From: Owenia fusiformis
Lineage: Eukaryota
Direction: 5' to 3'
Length of the DNA stretch: 64,000 nucleotides
Assembly (NCBI GenBank): GCA_903813345.2
Contig: CAIIXF020000001.1
Coordinates: 10,416,001-10,480,000 of the forward strand
Of the stretch, positions 1-12,649 are shown one piece after another. Positions within the stretch are counted from its first letter, which is position 1, and each line of letters opens with the position of its first letter. Both the position numbers and the translations under genes were made by a program. The notes below the pieces were generated by a model that searched no databases, was not told the origin of the DNA, and saw only the letters and a program-made list of their open reading frames with translations.

Positions 1-110
1 CATGTTGTGTTTATGTCATTTTGTTTCAAGGAGGTTTGGATAGATGTTTCATTTCATTTTGAACATATGAACAATATAGAGAACAATATAGAGAAAAGTA
101 TATATATCTA

Positions 111-744
111 CAGGGTGTCAAATAAGTCTGTTCTCCCCCCTTAACTTTTTTATCTTTAAATTTATCATACTTTCCCATATATCATTTTGAAGCTCATTGA
201 AAATGCTGATCACCCTCAAAAAATCAAACATAAACTCCTCCTAATAAAATTGCTACAATGTTTCTTGTAAGGTTGTAGTTGACCTTTGATTACGTCAAAA
301 CAAGTAAAATTACCAGGTAATAGTGAATGAAAAGTGAAAAGTTGATACTGCAGTGACAATGCCAACATTGGGTGATTTCGATGTTTCCCAATATCGTTAC
401 AGAGTAAAATTTGTTACATTCAGGGGAGCCTTTGAAGCAGGGGAATCTTTCATCACAAAATAGTTGATAACACCTAGAATCAAACGTTCTGAATGATTTA
501 TACGGGATCTTATCCTCGTAGAACTGAGGCCATCTGGGCTGCTGGGGGAGACATGAAGACTATTAAAAAAGTGAAATATGGACATTACTAAAAATACTCT
601 AAAAAATTTGGAATTTAACCAATCACTCTGAGATTTGGTGTGTGATCAGCAAATTAAATTCCCTTTAAGATGATATATACCAACCCTATGTTATCTCTGA
701 ATTAAAAAAGTTAAGGGGGGAGAACAGACTTATTTGACACCCTG
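111..744. mobile_element. Tc1/mariner-type MITE
   Basis: About 40-bp TIRs CAGGGTGTCAAATAAGTCTGTTCTCCCCCCTTAACTTTTTT; TA at both ends (109-110, 745-746); a homologous empty site with a single TA lies at about 62410 on the - strand. Confidence 0.9.
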
Positions 745-1577
745 TATTTCAAATTATATTGTTACCATTCAAAAGATGGCCATTAAATTGACAATGTGTA
801 AAATTTTCAGAATGTTTTGATGACTGGTTTAAGAGAAACGTGTGTTCAAAAAGTTCGCCATATCGATACCCATCCTTTAAATATTTTTGTAATATATGAA
901 TTTTCACAAAATTATCCAAATACTGAAGTACAAATGAGGTCATTCGAGACCAAAATCAAGCCAATCATATTAGTATTAAGTATTTTCCTAGTTAATCATG
1001 ATAAATATTCAAATGTAAATCATTAGACCCATTAAATTATAAATTGTAGTAACCATAGCAGCTGAACTATGTGAGCTGAAAATAACAGAATTTAAGACAT
1101 ACCGTATTTGCTAATTTTTAGACAGTTTTTTTTCCTTTGACTGAACAATGTGTGCTAAAAAAATTTAAACACAGAAGAACATTCGTAATGTTTTTGAAAA
1201 GCAGCTATACGGTTCAAAGTCAAACATTTTCAAGTACACATTATTTACGAGTTTTGTTAAAAATTAAACCTACACACATTATGCTTAACATGGATGAAAC
1301 CCCCACACAAAATTGGTTGTTGTCCTGTTCGAGGGATATAGAGAACATCTCTGTCCATCCGTCCATTCCGTCAACATTGGCTGCACAAATTAAAATTGCT
1401 ATTCGTATTGAGTCATATTCACAATATTCACATTGATTTTTTTTGTATATCCATTGTGTCTATTTGACCTGTCAATGCCATTTCCAAAGATAGCCCGGTT
1501 TCCAAGAAATTGCCAATTTTGAGTAACTAACTCAGTAACTTAGTACCTACTGAAGTTTAAGTCTGACTAACTTAAGG

Positions 1578-1949
1578 ACTTAGCTTGTATTCGCGAATGC
1601 AAATGACGGCTACCAGCTATCGGGTTGATTGCAATTTGAGGGAAAACTCATTTAAATATGAATAGTACCTGCCTTGCTTCCCGTTAGCTACCATCTCTCA
1701 CTTTACACCCGGTCGCTGGCCTAAATAACGGGTTAATTTGCCTATTTAGCAGCATGTAACAATGACCTGTGTTCTGTTTGCCAATTCGACAGTTTTATTA
1801 TAATCGGTCATTTCATCCACAACATCCGCAACTGACGGGTTGTTTGTAATTACAACTTCAAAATGACGGTTTAATCTTTGAAAATTAATAGGTTACTAGT
1901 AATCCGGTAGCTGCTAGCCGCTATTTGCATTCGCGAATGCAAGCTAAGT
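1578..1949. mobile_element. MITE (TIR element, superfamily unresolved)
   Basis: Inverted termini ACTTAGCTTGTATTCGCGAATGCAAAT / ATTTGCATTCGCGAATGCAAGCTAAGT; no ORF. Confidence 0.7.
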
Positions 1950-2619
1950 AACTAATAGTTTTTTTCTGGATAAAGTTAATCATTTCCAAACATTATCCGG
2001 TTACAATTCACTGTGTGAGCACAGGGCTATGGGTCCTTTATATCAGCATGTATTTGGAATACTAATCTAGTATCATGAAAACTGGTCTATAATTCAATTT
2101 TCATCAATAGTACAGTCACAATGAAGCACCTGTGAAAAATATTAACGTGATCAGGGAATGGCACAGAGGTAGCAATTCGCTTATTCTGAAAAGATTGCCA
2201 GTTTGTATATCCAATTATAGATAATTATAGTGCTCTTTTTCTCATTGTAACAACATTTCGTCCCATTATTTCCACATTGTTACAATTGCATTTTTGCTGA
2301 TATTGAGAAATCAGAGGTTGAAGTTTGGGTCATCATAACTTTTGAGTCAGAATTTTTTAAAAAATTATTTTTTGGTGGTAATCATGTGTATATGTAGGCC
2401 TTGCAGAGCAAAAATCACTGATTAACAATAAATAAAACACATCTTTTTTATGGTTTCTTGTTTTTGAAATATCAAAATAATCCTGAAAACGGAATTTTTA
2501 TTCACTTCCATTTTATTATTGTCTCATATACCATTATTCTGCCCATCTAATTATAAAGAATATGACTTGTGTTCCATTTTGACTGACAGGTACAGGACTG
2601 GATAATCTTGTTTTTTTTT

Positions 2620-2890
2620 GCTTGAATGCTGATTTTCAAAATGGCCGCTCATTTAAAAATGGCGGCCATTTTATTGCCGATTTTACAGTAATTTAGGTGC
2701 AATATGTAAAACTGTATTAGCAATATGCTTTAAATGTAAAAAAATTATTCTGGGTAAATTTTAAGGTGGCCATTTTGGATTTTCCGTCCTCAAATTGTGT
2801 CGGTAAAGTCTTGTCTACTCATTTTCAGGATAACCATTTGACGGGATCACCCATTGGTGGGGACGTTTTGTACACATTTGTGTTCTTGTT
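2620..2890 (+). mobile_element. 3' fragment of the Helentron-associated (HINE-like) family at 4018-5527
   Basis: Near-identical to 5390-5528 (ggtaaattttaaggtggccatttt...cccattggtggggac...catttgtgttcttgt). Confidence 0.75.
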
Positions 2891-3828
2891 TTAACCTTTC
2901 TTTTGAAACAGGGCTTTTATCGGTTAGCCAACGGCAAGGGGTCATCTGCATGATAGAAAAATAGAAAAAAGACATATCGCTGATAAAAAATTGGAGCCCC
3001 ATCTCCCTTTTTCTGTCGCTGGCAAGTGAAATCGGTTTCAAGAGTTTTAGATTTAAAAAGTTATGACAACCTTTATCATTTTTTCACGTTTTTGTAAATG
3101 TAAACAAAGGAGGTTGGGACCCTAAGGCTTTTTCATTATTCTATCGACAGAGATGTGTTTGGTGTCTATAGAGAGTAGAATCAATTCCCTAGAGCATGTG
3201 CTATACAGTATCGCCGTGCGAACTTGCTGTGCCGTAGGACATAGTCACCATTTTTCATGAAATGGTATGATTTATTCCGTATTAATGTCAACAAAACCAT
3301 TAATACGGAACGGTGTAAACAGGACCGTGATATGCACTCTCCATTGGGATCTCCCCAGGAGAAAAAAATAATTCATCTGACCTATATTCAGCACTGTATT
3401 GATGTATAGGCCACTTATTAGGGTCATTATTCAATCATTTTTTTTTATTTTATTTTTTTATCAATTCATTTATTAATTCTTCATACATAACACAGCAAAT
3501 CCTACAAAGAAAAGCTAGACAAGGCAGGAGGATCTTTTGATATGCAATCTATGTAAATAATTATGTTGAATTATATAGAAATAAATAACAATAACCTATA
3601 AAAAAAAAATATGCCTAAAATGAGAATTGTTGAATGAAGTTGATTTGAATCAATTACTCAACACCACTGGATTTCCAGATGATAGAGTCCTATATGATTG
3701 TCACAGTCTCAAAAACCTAGTCATTTAAACAAAAATCATTTGCATCCCTTAATTCATATTGCTTGTTTCTTGTCATGAATTTGAAGTTTTGGCACATATT
3801 GTTTGTTGTTTATTCTAGAATTTTTCCA

Positions 3829-6131
3829 TTATTTGTTCCTCTCCATCACAAAATCATAGGCATCCGAATCATACATATGATCCACTCCCAATCCATCAAT
3901 GAGGCGCAAATATCTTTCCCTACATGTTGCGAGGTTGAAGTTGGTAATCGCTGCTACATCATATGTTGAGATAGAATCAGTGTTTGTGAGTTTGGAATAT
4001 TCTTCATTTTCGCATTGTTATGTCCCCACCACATAGTGTGGGGCCATATTGTCAGCCTAGGCGCGTCCGTCCGTCCGTCCGTCTGTCTGTCTGTTTGTCT
4101 GTCTGTCCGTCTGTACGTCCGGCAGTTTTCTCCTAAACCGCTACAGATATCACCTTCAAATTTTCAGGGATAACTTATGAGTGCATACAGATGTGGACAA
4201 AAAAGTTTCAACTCGATACCTACTTCCTGTCAGCCATTTTGAAGTCAAATGCTAAAATCCTTGTCTGCAAACTTTAAGAAAAATGGCTTCACTGTTGCTT
4301 TTAAAACTTTAATATCCTGTTCAACTCACTTGATTCTAGATCTGATTAGGTTTTGGACCTGTTAGCCCAGTCATGGCAGCCATTTTGAATGTCTTAAGAA
4401 AAGTTAGCGTGCGATAATACTTTGTATCATATTGAATGGTGTTTTTGAGTTTTCATACTTAGACTATTTAGTAGCTTTATAAAAAATTTCAGGTGTACTT
4501 TATTGTAAAAGCCTATGTTATTGTTAACAGTAGTTATATGTGCTAATTTTGTAAAAAGAAATCAGCAAAAACTTATAATCACTTTTTTATTGTCGGCCAT
4601 TTTGGATTTTTCCATCCTAAAATCTTGTCTGTAAAGTCTTGTCTATGCGTTTTCAGGCGAACCATTTGGTAGATCATTTCCAAATTTTCAGGGATGTTTC
4701 TTAGTATGAAAATCTAGATCTGATTAGTTTTTTGGCATTCTGGGTAAATGTAAAGGCAGCCATTTTGGATTTTCCGTCCTAAAATCTTGTCTGTGAAGTC
4801 TTGTCTATGCATTTCCAGGTGAAGCATTTGGTAGATCAATTTCAAATTTTCAGGGATGATTCTTAGTATGAAAATCTAGATCTTATAAGTTTTTTGGCAT
4901 TCTGGGTAAATGTAAAGGCAGCCATTTTGGATTTTCCGTCCTAAAATCTTGTCTGTAAAGTCTTGTCTACGCGTTTTCAGGTGAACCATTTAGTAGATCA
5001 ATTTAAAATTTTCAGGGATTATTCTTAGTATGAAAATCTAGATCTGATTAGTTTTTTGGCATTCTGGGTAAATGTCAAGGCAGCCATTTTGGATTGTCCG
5101 TCCTAAAATCTTGTCTGTAAAGTCTTGTCTACGCGTTTTCAGGTGAAGGGTTTGGTAGATCAATTTCAAATTTTTAGGGATGATTCTTAGTATGAAAATC
5201 TAGATCTGATTAGTTTTTTGGCATTCTGGGTAAATGTCAAGGCAGCCATTTTAGATTTTCCGTGCTAAAATCTTGCCTGTAAAGTCTTGTCTACGTGTTT
5301 TCAGGTGAACTGTTTGGTAGATCAATTTCAAATTTTTAGGGATGATTCTTAGTATGAAAATCTAGAACTGACTAATTTTTTGGGCATTCTTGGTAAATTT
5401 TAAGGTGGCCATTTTGCATTTTCCGTTCCAAAATTGTAGCAGTAAAGTCTTGTCTACTCATTTTCAGGATAACCATTAGATGGGATCACCCATTGGTGGG
5501 GACATATTGTACACATTTGTGTTCTTGTGTTGATTTGTTGTCGGATTGTTTCTTGATGTTGACACTGCAACCTCTGTGTTTTTTATCCAAATTGTTTGTT
5601 TTAGTGGCGACATGTTGCACTTTTATTTCAGTTGCACTTGATCGGTGTCTTTTTTGTTTCACATCTGTTTGCATCCTAACATTCACTTTTTTTTTATTCT
5701 GTCTCTAGGATTCCGCAATTGCAATATTGAAATAAATCTACTGTCGAAGTCACCTTTTTTTGCTCTGTCAGTTTCATTGTTATTGTTTACAATTTCACTG
5801 TTTCCATTAGTTCTGTTTTTAAACAAGTCTCTATTTAGTACAGGCGTAACAGATGTTGACTGTTCATATAATCCTAATTCATTTTGTTCATGGTGTTTAG
5901 GTTCACTCAATAGTTTTTGTTAGAATTGTAATCCCTTATCCTATTAGCATCTCTCATAAGTCTACTTGGTGACTTGGTACTGGTTTGTGACCTTGGGTTG
6001 CCAAAATGGTGTGCTTTATATTCCAATGTAATAGTAGTTCCATTGTTTGTTGAATTTATCTTGTATCCTCCTAGAATGCACCCTTCGTCTTGTAACTCAC
6101 TAATCAGATGCTCAACAATCTTGGGAATCAT
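3829..6131 (-). pseudogene. Disrupted ORF of about 264 aa, unknown function, inside the retroposon
   Basis: MIPKIVEHL...KSPSRLMRD...; two single-base frameshifts in A-runs (about 5915 and 5690); removing 4018-5527 joins ...DNKSTQ|CENEEY... in frame to TAA at 3829. Confidence 0.6.
4018..5527 (+). mobile_element. Helentron-associated non-autonomous element (HINE/DINE-1-like) with internal tandem core repeats
   Basis: Subterminal IR TATGTCCCCACCA / TGGTGGGGACATA, short 5' hairpin, (GTCC/GTCT)n microsatellite at 4065-4120, about 162-bp core repeat in 5-6 copies (4590-5480), no TSD. Confidence 0.8.
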
Positions 6132-6924
6132 TGTTTCTTTTTATTTTCTGCAATGTTCAATATTATGTCACTGATTTTTACCTTTTTTCACAAGCACTTT
6201 TTTCTCCTGTTTCTTTGTTGCTTGACCTTTTCGTAATCATAATTTCGTAATATAATTCAATCATGAAGTGTAGAGGCATAGATTCCAAACCAGGAAGTAT
6301 TTTTATTTAAAATCCATTTGCATCCTACGCATCCCTACATCTTATCCAAATATGTTACTACATTATGAAATAAATTGGTATATTCTTTGGTTTTACAGAG
6401 TTGTATGATTTTTGATAAGTGTAAAAGTTGCTTTTGGAGCATTTTTCTATAGCCATTTTGTAGGGAAAAAATGATGAAAAAATGTACAATCTTTTAATTT
6501 TAAGTATGACCTGAATCGATTGCAAACTTCATAATTGCACATTTGATGAGATAAACCATTTGTGTCATATTGTGAAATTATAAAGTTTGCAATTGATTCA
6601 GGTTAAAGTGTATTTTTGGTATTTTTGTGATAATCAATGGAAACCAATGGCCTCTATTGGGATCTGCTGATATCCTCATGTTAAGTCAATGATGCACAGC
6701 CCATTGTAAGTCAATTCAACCTTACTGAACTAAATGGCCCCTATCTCAGCCAATGTGTGCCAAAGCACTTTAATACTTTTCAAAGAATTTTATGACATTC
6801 TATTCTTCATGCTACACCTAAGAATGATTCATTTTGACCATAGGGGTATTTGCCAAAAAAACACACATCTTCCTTTGAATCAAGCAAATTCATATTTTGT
6901 AAGTACGTATTAACTGTGTTTTAG

Positions 6925-7032
6925 GTGCCCCTGCTCTAACATCAAGAGGTTTCAAGGAGGCAGAGTTTGAGAAGGTGGCTGACTACTTAGACAGGGCTGT
7001 CAAGTTAACACTAGAGGCTCAAAGCAAATCAG
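6925..7032 (+). CDS. SHMT2: Serine hydroxymethyltransferase (SHMT2-like), penultimate exon
   Basis: ttag|..|gtatat; (G)APALTSRGFKEAEFEKVADYLDRAVKLTLEAQSKS; PALTSR is a conserved SHMT motif; upstream exons not found in this window. Confidence 0.9.
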
Positions 7033-7363
7033 GTATATCAGCTGTGAATCAATATTTCAGAATGATATCTACATCCCCCAAAAATGATAGCAACTTACAC
7101 TATCAATGGGAAAATGTTCTTTATTCAATGTTTCAGAAATGTCTTGTAACGTTTGATATTTTTACTTACAGAAATAAAAGTTTGTATTGTCAGCTCAAAC
7201 AGTTCCCAAAATTGTCCCTCTTTAACCATCTTATATTTTTTGTGAATCTTGAAAAATTGAATGGAAACGATAGCCTATTCTAAGAAAATTACTTTTCACA
7301 TTTTGCACTTCATTCGTAGTTATACAAATCACATTTTGTATCGTTATATTTTTTATGTTCCAG

Positions 7364-7491
7364 GAACTTTAAAAGAATTCAAGGCTGTTGTGTTAGAAGA
7401 TGCTGAGTTGAAAGGGAAAATGGCTGAACTCTCAAAAGATGTCTCAGAATTTGCTAGTAAATTCCCCATGCCTGGTTTTGATGAAATATGA
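7364..7491 (+). CDS. SHMT2: Serine hydroxymethyltransferase (SHMT2-like), last exon
   Basis: ttccag| GTLKEFK...FASKFPMPGFDEI*, matching the SHMT2-type C-terminus FPMPGFDE. Confidence 0.9.
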
Positions 7492-8532
7492 ACCACGTCT
7501 GCTTGGATTTGATGATATGTAAAATTCACATTTTAATTTTGGAGCAGTTTAAGGAAAGGGTAGAAAACTGGAATATGAATCTTCAAATGGGATTTTGTGT
7601 AAATTGTGCCTGATACCCATGAATGTGAACATATATTAGTCAGCAATTAATAAACTGCAAATAAAACGATATTAGATGGACTGATCTCCAAACATATCTA
7701 TGAATACATCATGTTGTTCTTTTTCCATTTGGCTAAATAAGGAAGAGGAGCAAAAACCAAAATCATGAACATTTTTGACAAATGCTCAATATGCATACAA
7801 GTATACATGTGTAAATGTATCCATTTGTAAAGAGCAATCAGCATTAGTGACCGATGAAATATGCATTGAATGAATCTCCATATCAAGATAAAAGCATTAT
7901 CGTACAATTGTTATTTTAATGTATATGGGTTATTAAGAAATAAAATTGTCCAACATGTCGCTACTGTCAATACATGTGATATGGACTTCATGTAAGAAAT
8001 GTATAGATTAAGTTGAATGAAATTGTCGACTTCTTCAGTGTTTGAGTATTGATAATGAACAATTGCATAGGAATTTTAATTGTCTATTCTGAATCCTTTT
8101 TGTAAATAATGATAATTGATTGGCCCTTTAATTTTATGATTTGAAAGTAAACTGTTCATACATGTCTAGTTTTCCCAGGGATCCATATTTGGTGCCACAT
8201 TTATGAATCCTTGAAAAGCCATTATAACAACTGCAGAGATGTAAGTTGCAATGATCCTAAAAACAAACAAAACAAACCCCAGAATCAAATTAAAGGCCCA
8301 AAGCAGGTACATTGGCTATTATTTATATGATTTGGACTAGACAGTTAAAATAAAAAAATTCTGGATCCAAGTGATATTTTTATTTTATAATATTTGGTGG
8401 AGGCGGAACCAACGGGAAAGCAAGCTGGAGAGAAGTGTAAGTTCAAAAATCAAAACATATTGATGTATTAATATTTGATTTATTTTTATATAATTCTATT
8501 ATGTATACAGGCTAATGCTTATATAATGTGGT

Positions 8533-8690
8533 ACATAGTCATACACCATAGTGTATAGTCATACACCATAGTGTATAGTCATGCACCATAGTGTATAGTC
8601 ATACACCATAGTGTATAGTCATGCACCATAGTGTATAGTCATGCACCATAGTGTATAGTCCTACACCATAGTGTATAGTCATGCACCATA
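8533..8690. repeat. 20-bp minisatellite
   Basis: (CATAGTGTATAGTCATRCAC) in about 8 copies. Confidence 0.95.
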
Positions 8691-10034
8691 TTTTTTTCTC
8701 CCAGTTTATTTTTATTACATGTTCCAGTAATGGTCAATCAGTAACTGAGACATGCTATGTTGAATCTGTCTGTTGAATCTGTTAATGCAAAATTGTACTA
8801 ACAAATAAATCTATATTATATAGTAAATATTTCATATCAATGTTTTATTTCATTTCTTGAATTATACAATATAGAGTAAGAATAAGAAAACGACAATTAA
8901 ATCCTTCTTAAAATACACCAAGATTGTATTGGTAATTATGCACATTATATATCAAATTGTGCTGTAAATTTTTACAGTAGAATGAAATAATCAAACTACA
9001 TGTTCACAAAATAACCCCATAGCCAATACAATATCAGTACAATATTCATTAATAATCCAACTTGTCTCTCTATCCCTTTTTCTCACAAAAGTGATCTTGT
9101 TAAAATTCACGCACGTTTACTTTCTACATGATGAACAGGATATAAAAATAAACAGTTTTGCTTACCCTCAATTAATGGCAAATAGATGACTCAAAAACTA
9201 TGTTCAACGCATGACACATAGGTATCATGTATGTCATGACACACTTAATTAATCTTCCAGAATATAATTATATCGGAGTATATGAATACCAGTGCGCTAT
9301 AGTCTACTACTGAATTCTAGTTAACAAAAAAATATTTGGTATGTGGTCACAACTCATCCTTGCAAACATGCAATATATAGTTTACTAGTTACAATACATA
9401 AAATATCTCATTTAAATTTTTGAATCAAAATATATTTATTTACATAACCTAAGTTGGTCATGGTATAATAAACTTACAATCCACATGAACTACAGAGGTG
9501 TTGACTACGTAATGTGATGCTACAAATCAATATTAAGTAAAATCACCTCAAGTATCATTAAAATTATGCAAGACATGCCACAGAAAATACAGATATGTAT
9601 ATGAAAGAATGTTTCTCCCTGTATGTTCACTGTCTTCAAATCTGTTGATCTATAGCTAAAGGACAAGGACAATATATCAATATATACACACAAAAGTGAT
9701 TTGTTAAATTTAGGGAGGGGGTAAACCCCATGGCATCATATCACGTAATAAATGCAAATTTTGCCAAAGGGAGACAATACTATCATCTAGTTATTTTTAC
9801 CATGTTATGTAAAAATCAGTGACTTGATAAAATACTGGTATGTTTTGTTCGGTGGAATTTGCTGCTCCGTGGAGTTGCTGTTTTTTTTAGTTAAATTTGG
9901 GGTTGGGTTAAAGTCCATTGCTTTTCTAAAAACGAATAAATTTTTTATGAGAGCAAATTTTAATTTGAAAAGAAATCAGGAAAAGTTCAATCATATTTTG
10001 TGTGAGACAAGGGGGTCAATCTGAAAATTAAGTA

Positions 10035-10495
10035 CTGTAAAACGGGTAATTTTGACACCGGGAAATTTTAGCGATTTTTCAATTTTAGGGGGTTTTAGCG
10101 CAGGAAATTTTAGCGAAATGAAGATTAATCTTTAAAAAACCAAATTAGCGAAATGCATTAGAAATTTTATCATTTATGGCAGAAGAATGAATAACGGACA
10201 TGACAGAGGAATTATCAAAATGTAAGACTTCTAACGCACATGGTATTGGTCCAAACTACTGTAATCTCATCTGACTAATCACAAAATCACGGTAGCATTT
10301 AAAATCGTTGATTTTTCGGTCGAGCACTGAACAAAAAGCTCCTTAAATACTAGATAGTATTCATGTAGTTTCCCGGGAATTTGTAAATTTTAGCACCCGG
10401 TTTATTTATTTTAACCCCGGTTTATTTTAGCGAAACTATAGCGATCGCTAACAATCGCTAACAATTACCCCTCGCTAACAATACCCGTTTTACAG
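10035..10495. mobile_element. MITE with TA TSD
   Basis: TA-CTGTAAAACGGGTA...TACCCGTTTTACAG-TA; repeated TTAGCG subterminal motifs. Confidence 0.8.
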
Positions 10496-10639
10496 TATTC
10501 AATTTAGTTTGTGGGTGTACATTTGATATATTGACCTGATTCCTTTTAGGAATGAGAAAATTGTCTAGATATAACCTTCCCCAAACATTTATAAGTATAC
10601 AAAAATATCCTAGCTGCTAGTACCTAAATATCACATTGG

Positions 10640-10840
10640 TTAACTCTTTTTCTTGGCCTTTCCATAAATTGAATCTAGCCCAAGGCCTATAAAGACCAGC
10701 AAAGTTCCTACCCACTGTCGGCCTAACATTGGATTCCCAAACAGAAACACAGAACCGAGAATTGTGAAGAATTTCCTGGTTGTTGTGACGATAGAGCAAG
10801 TCAATGGACCGAATGATGTCACTGTGATGAAAATGAAGTT
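10640..10840 (-). CDS. SLC35B1: SLC35B1 exon 7 (last)
   Basis: [31 protein letters not shown]...YGKAKKKS*; conserved TTTRKFFT motif and C-terminal dilysine-type ER signal. Confidence 0.95.
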   Translation of the reverse strand, partial: NFIFITVTSFGPLTCSIVTTTRKFFTILGSVFLFGNPMLGRQWVGTLLVFIGLGLDSIYGKAKKKS

Positions 10841-11026
10841 CTGGAAATAAAAAATTATTTTCAATATACATAAGTATGTTCAATTCTTATGTTTTAATAT
10901 GGTAGTAGTATATGTAGCAAACTTGTGTAAATTATACAATGCAAGTAATTTCATGAAGATCAGATAACAAAACATGCACAAAATACACAAGTGCATCTTT
11001 AAGATGATGATTATTTCTTTTGAAAA

Positions 11027-11185
11027 ATCTGGAAATCCAGTGGTGTTGAGTTATTAAATGAAATCAACTTCTTTTATTCAATTTGAATTTTAGACATATC
11101 AGATGATCCTCTTGGCTTGTCAAGCTTTTCTTATAAGAATTTGCTGCATACGTATGAAGAATAAATATCAAACCAGAAAAAAAAC
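11027..11185 (+). mobile_element. Short 3'-end copy of the retroposon family at 3439-6254
   Basis: tctggaaatccagtggtgttgagt...gatcctc...tatgaagaataaa followed by an A-run; matches the reverse complement of about 3440-3680. Confidence 0.7.
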
Positions 11186-11538
11186 ATATTTTGAAAAATT
11201 AAATGAATATTGAACCATGGAATATATACATATAATTGCAGTGGGCTACTAAAGCTAATTCAGTGAATCTGCACCAGATTTAATTTGCACTGAATAATAC
11301 AACACATCATTGGTAAATAAATAAATACAGCTGATTCTGTCTGTACAAGAGCTATTTGCTATTTCAATACCTTTGTTTTAATTCCAACATATGAATTGAT
11401 ATCAAACTACCACCACCTCCTAGCAACTGTGTTAATCATTTGTTCGTTGTTGCAAATGCAACATTTAACAACAAATATTGGTGGCTATAACAGGGATGTG
11501 TCACCATACTAAGAATTAATGATGAAGACTTTACTCAC

Positions 11539-11645
11539 CTGACCGAGTGCACTGGCCACACTGAAGCTGACCATGTTGATGAGGACTGTGGGGTGTCTCT
11601 GCACAAACCCTAGGAATGCTATACCCTCACCAGTGAGCACAAGAC
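11539..11645 (-). CDS. SLC35B1: SLC35B1 exon 6
   Basis: cag|..|gtgagt; LVLTGEGIAFLGFVQRHPTVLINMVSFSVASALGQ. Confidence 0.93.
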
Positions 11646-11674
11646 CTGAAAGCAGCATATGAATATACTATTAT

Positions 11675-11846
11675 ACAGTAAAACCTGTCTTAGTGAACAC
11701 CTCTCTCTAGTGAACACCTGTCTCTAGTGGACATCCTCCCTACACACATACTCTACTGGCGTCTGTATAAATTACCCTCTCTGTGGTTATACCTACCAAC
11801 ACTGAACTTTTTCTTTTGGGCAAAAAATGTTCAATTACACAGGTTT
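11675..11846. mobile_element. pogo/Tigger-like MITE, degenerate; relatives at about 37279-37452 and 41820-41968
   Basis: TA-CAGTAAAACCTGTC start; homologous copies elsewhere in the window. Confidence 0.6.
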
Positions 11847-12126
11847 CATATTTTACTATTTAGGGTACACTTTATACTATTCACTTAACAACTATTCACA
11901 ACTAAGCTGCATGCACATCTGCATTTTAAAAAGAAAATTCTTGGACAACTTAATAATAAAACAGAAATTGAGTTAAACGAATAAAGACTGAATGTTTGTT
12001 ATTGAAAGTTAATTTCAATAAGATAAGATTTCAAATGGACATGAGGTTCAATTCAAAAAAATTTGACAAGACTACAAAATAAGCTTTGTGTGAAAGATGT
12101 GATACGAAGGTTAGGAAATGACATAC

Positions 12127-12253
12127 TTGTGCCTAGCCATAGTATGGACCAGGTGTTCATATTGAGCATCATGTGGTGGGCCTTGGTCATATGCTCAGTC
12201 CTCATGCGGTCTTGAGAGGCCCCTGTTAGACCATCTAAGGTGAGAGATATAAT
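12127..12253 (-). CDS. SLC35B1: SLC35B1 exon 5
   Basis: IISLTLDGLTGASQDRMRTEHMTKAHHMMLNMNTWSILWLGT; conserved SLTLDGLTG motif. Confidence 0.95.
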
Positions 12254-12457
12254 CTGAAATAAGAGATATAGTTATGTCAGTTTGTGGGTCTTGAGAGGCC
12301 CCAGTTAGACTATATAAGGTGAGAGACACAATCTACAATGAGAGATACTGTACCCTCACCATTTTTCCCCCACACTATGTGATGAGAGGGCGGGCATAAA
12401 TTTGAGGCCGTTCAACAAATGTGCATGAAAATACAATTGAAAGTGGAGTCAACTTAC

Positions 12458-12649
12458 CAATAAAAGTTCTCCAAAGCCAAACAGAGTATCTGAAGAAGCA
12501 GCTGTAGATTTTTTATCTTTATACATAAATAGGGCCACCCCACTAACAATGAGGAAGACACAGAGGTATTTGGCCAATGGATAGCGCTTTCTTGCTAATA
12601 GGACTCCAAGTATCATCACAGGGATGGGCTTTATAGACTTCCCCAGCAC
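12458..12649 (-). CDS. SLC35B1: SLC35B1 exon 4
   Basis: [31 protein letters not shown]...GELLL; canonical splice sites. Confidence 0.95.

Larger units (their letters stand above)
3439..6254 (-). mobile_element. Non-LTR retroposon (polyA, 10-bp TSD) carrying an unknown ORF; interrupted by a HINE
   Basis: TSD ATTCAATCAT at 3429-3438 and 6255-6264; A-rich tail and AATAAA on the - strand at 3439-3474; 3' end recurs at about 11027-11185. Confidence 0.75.
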
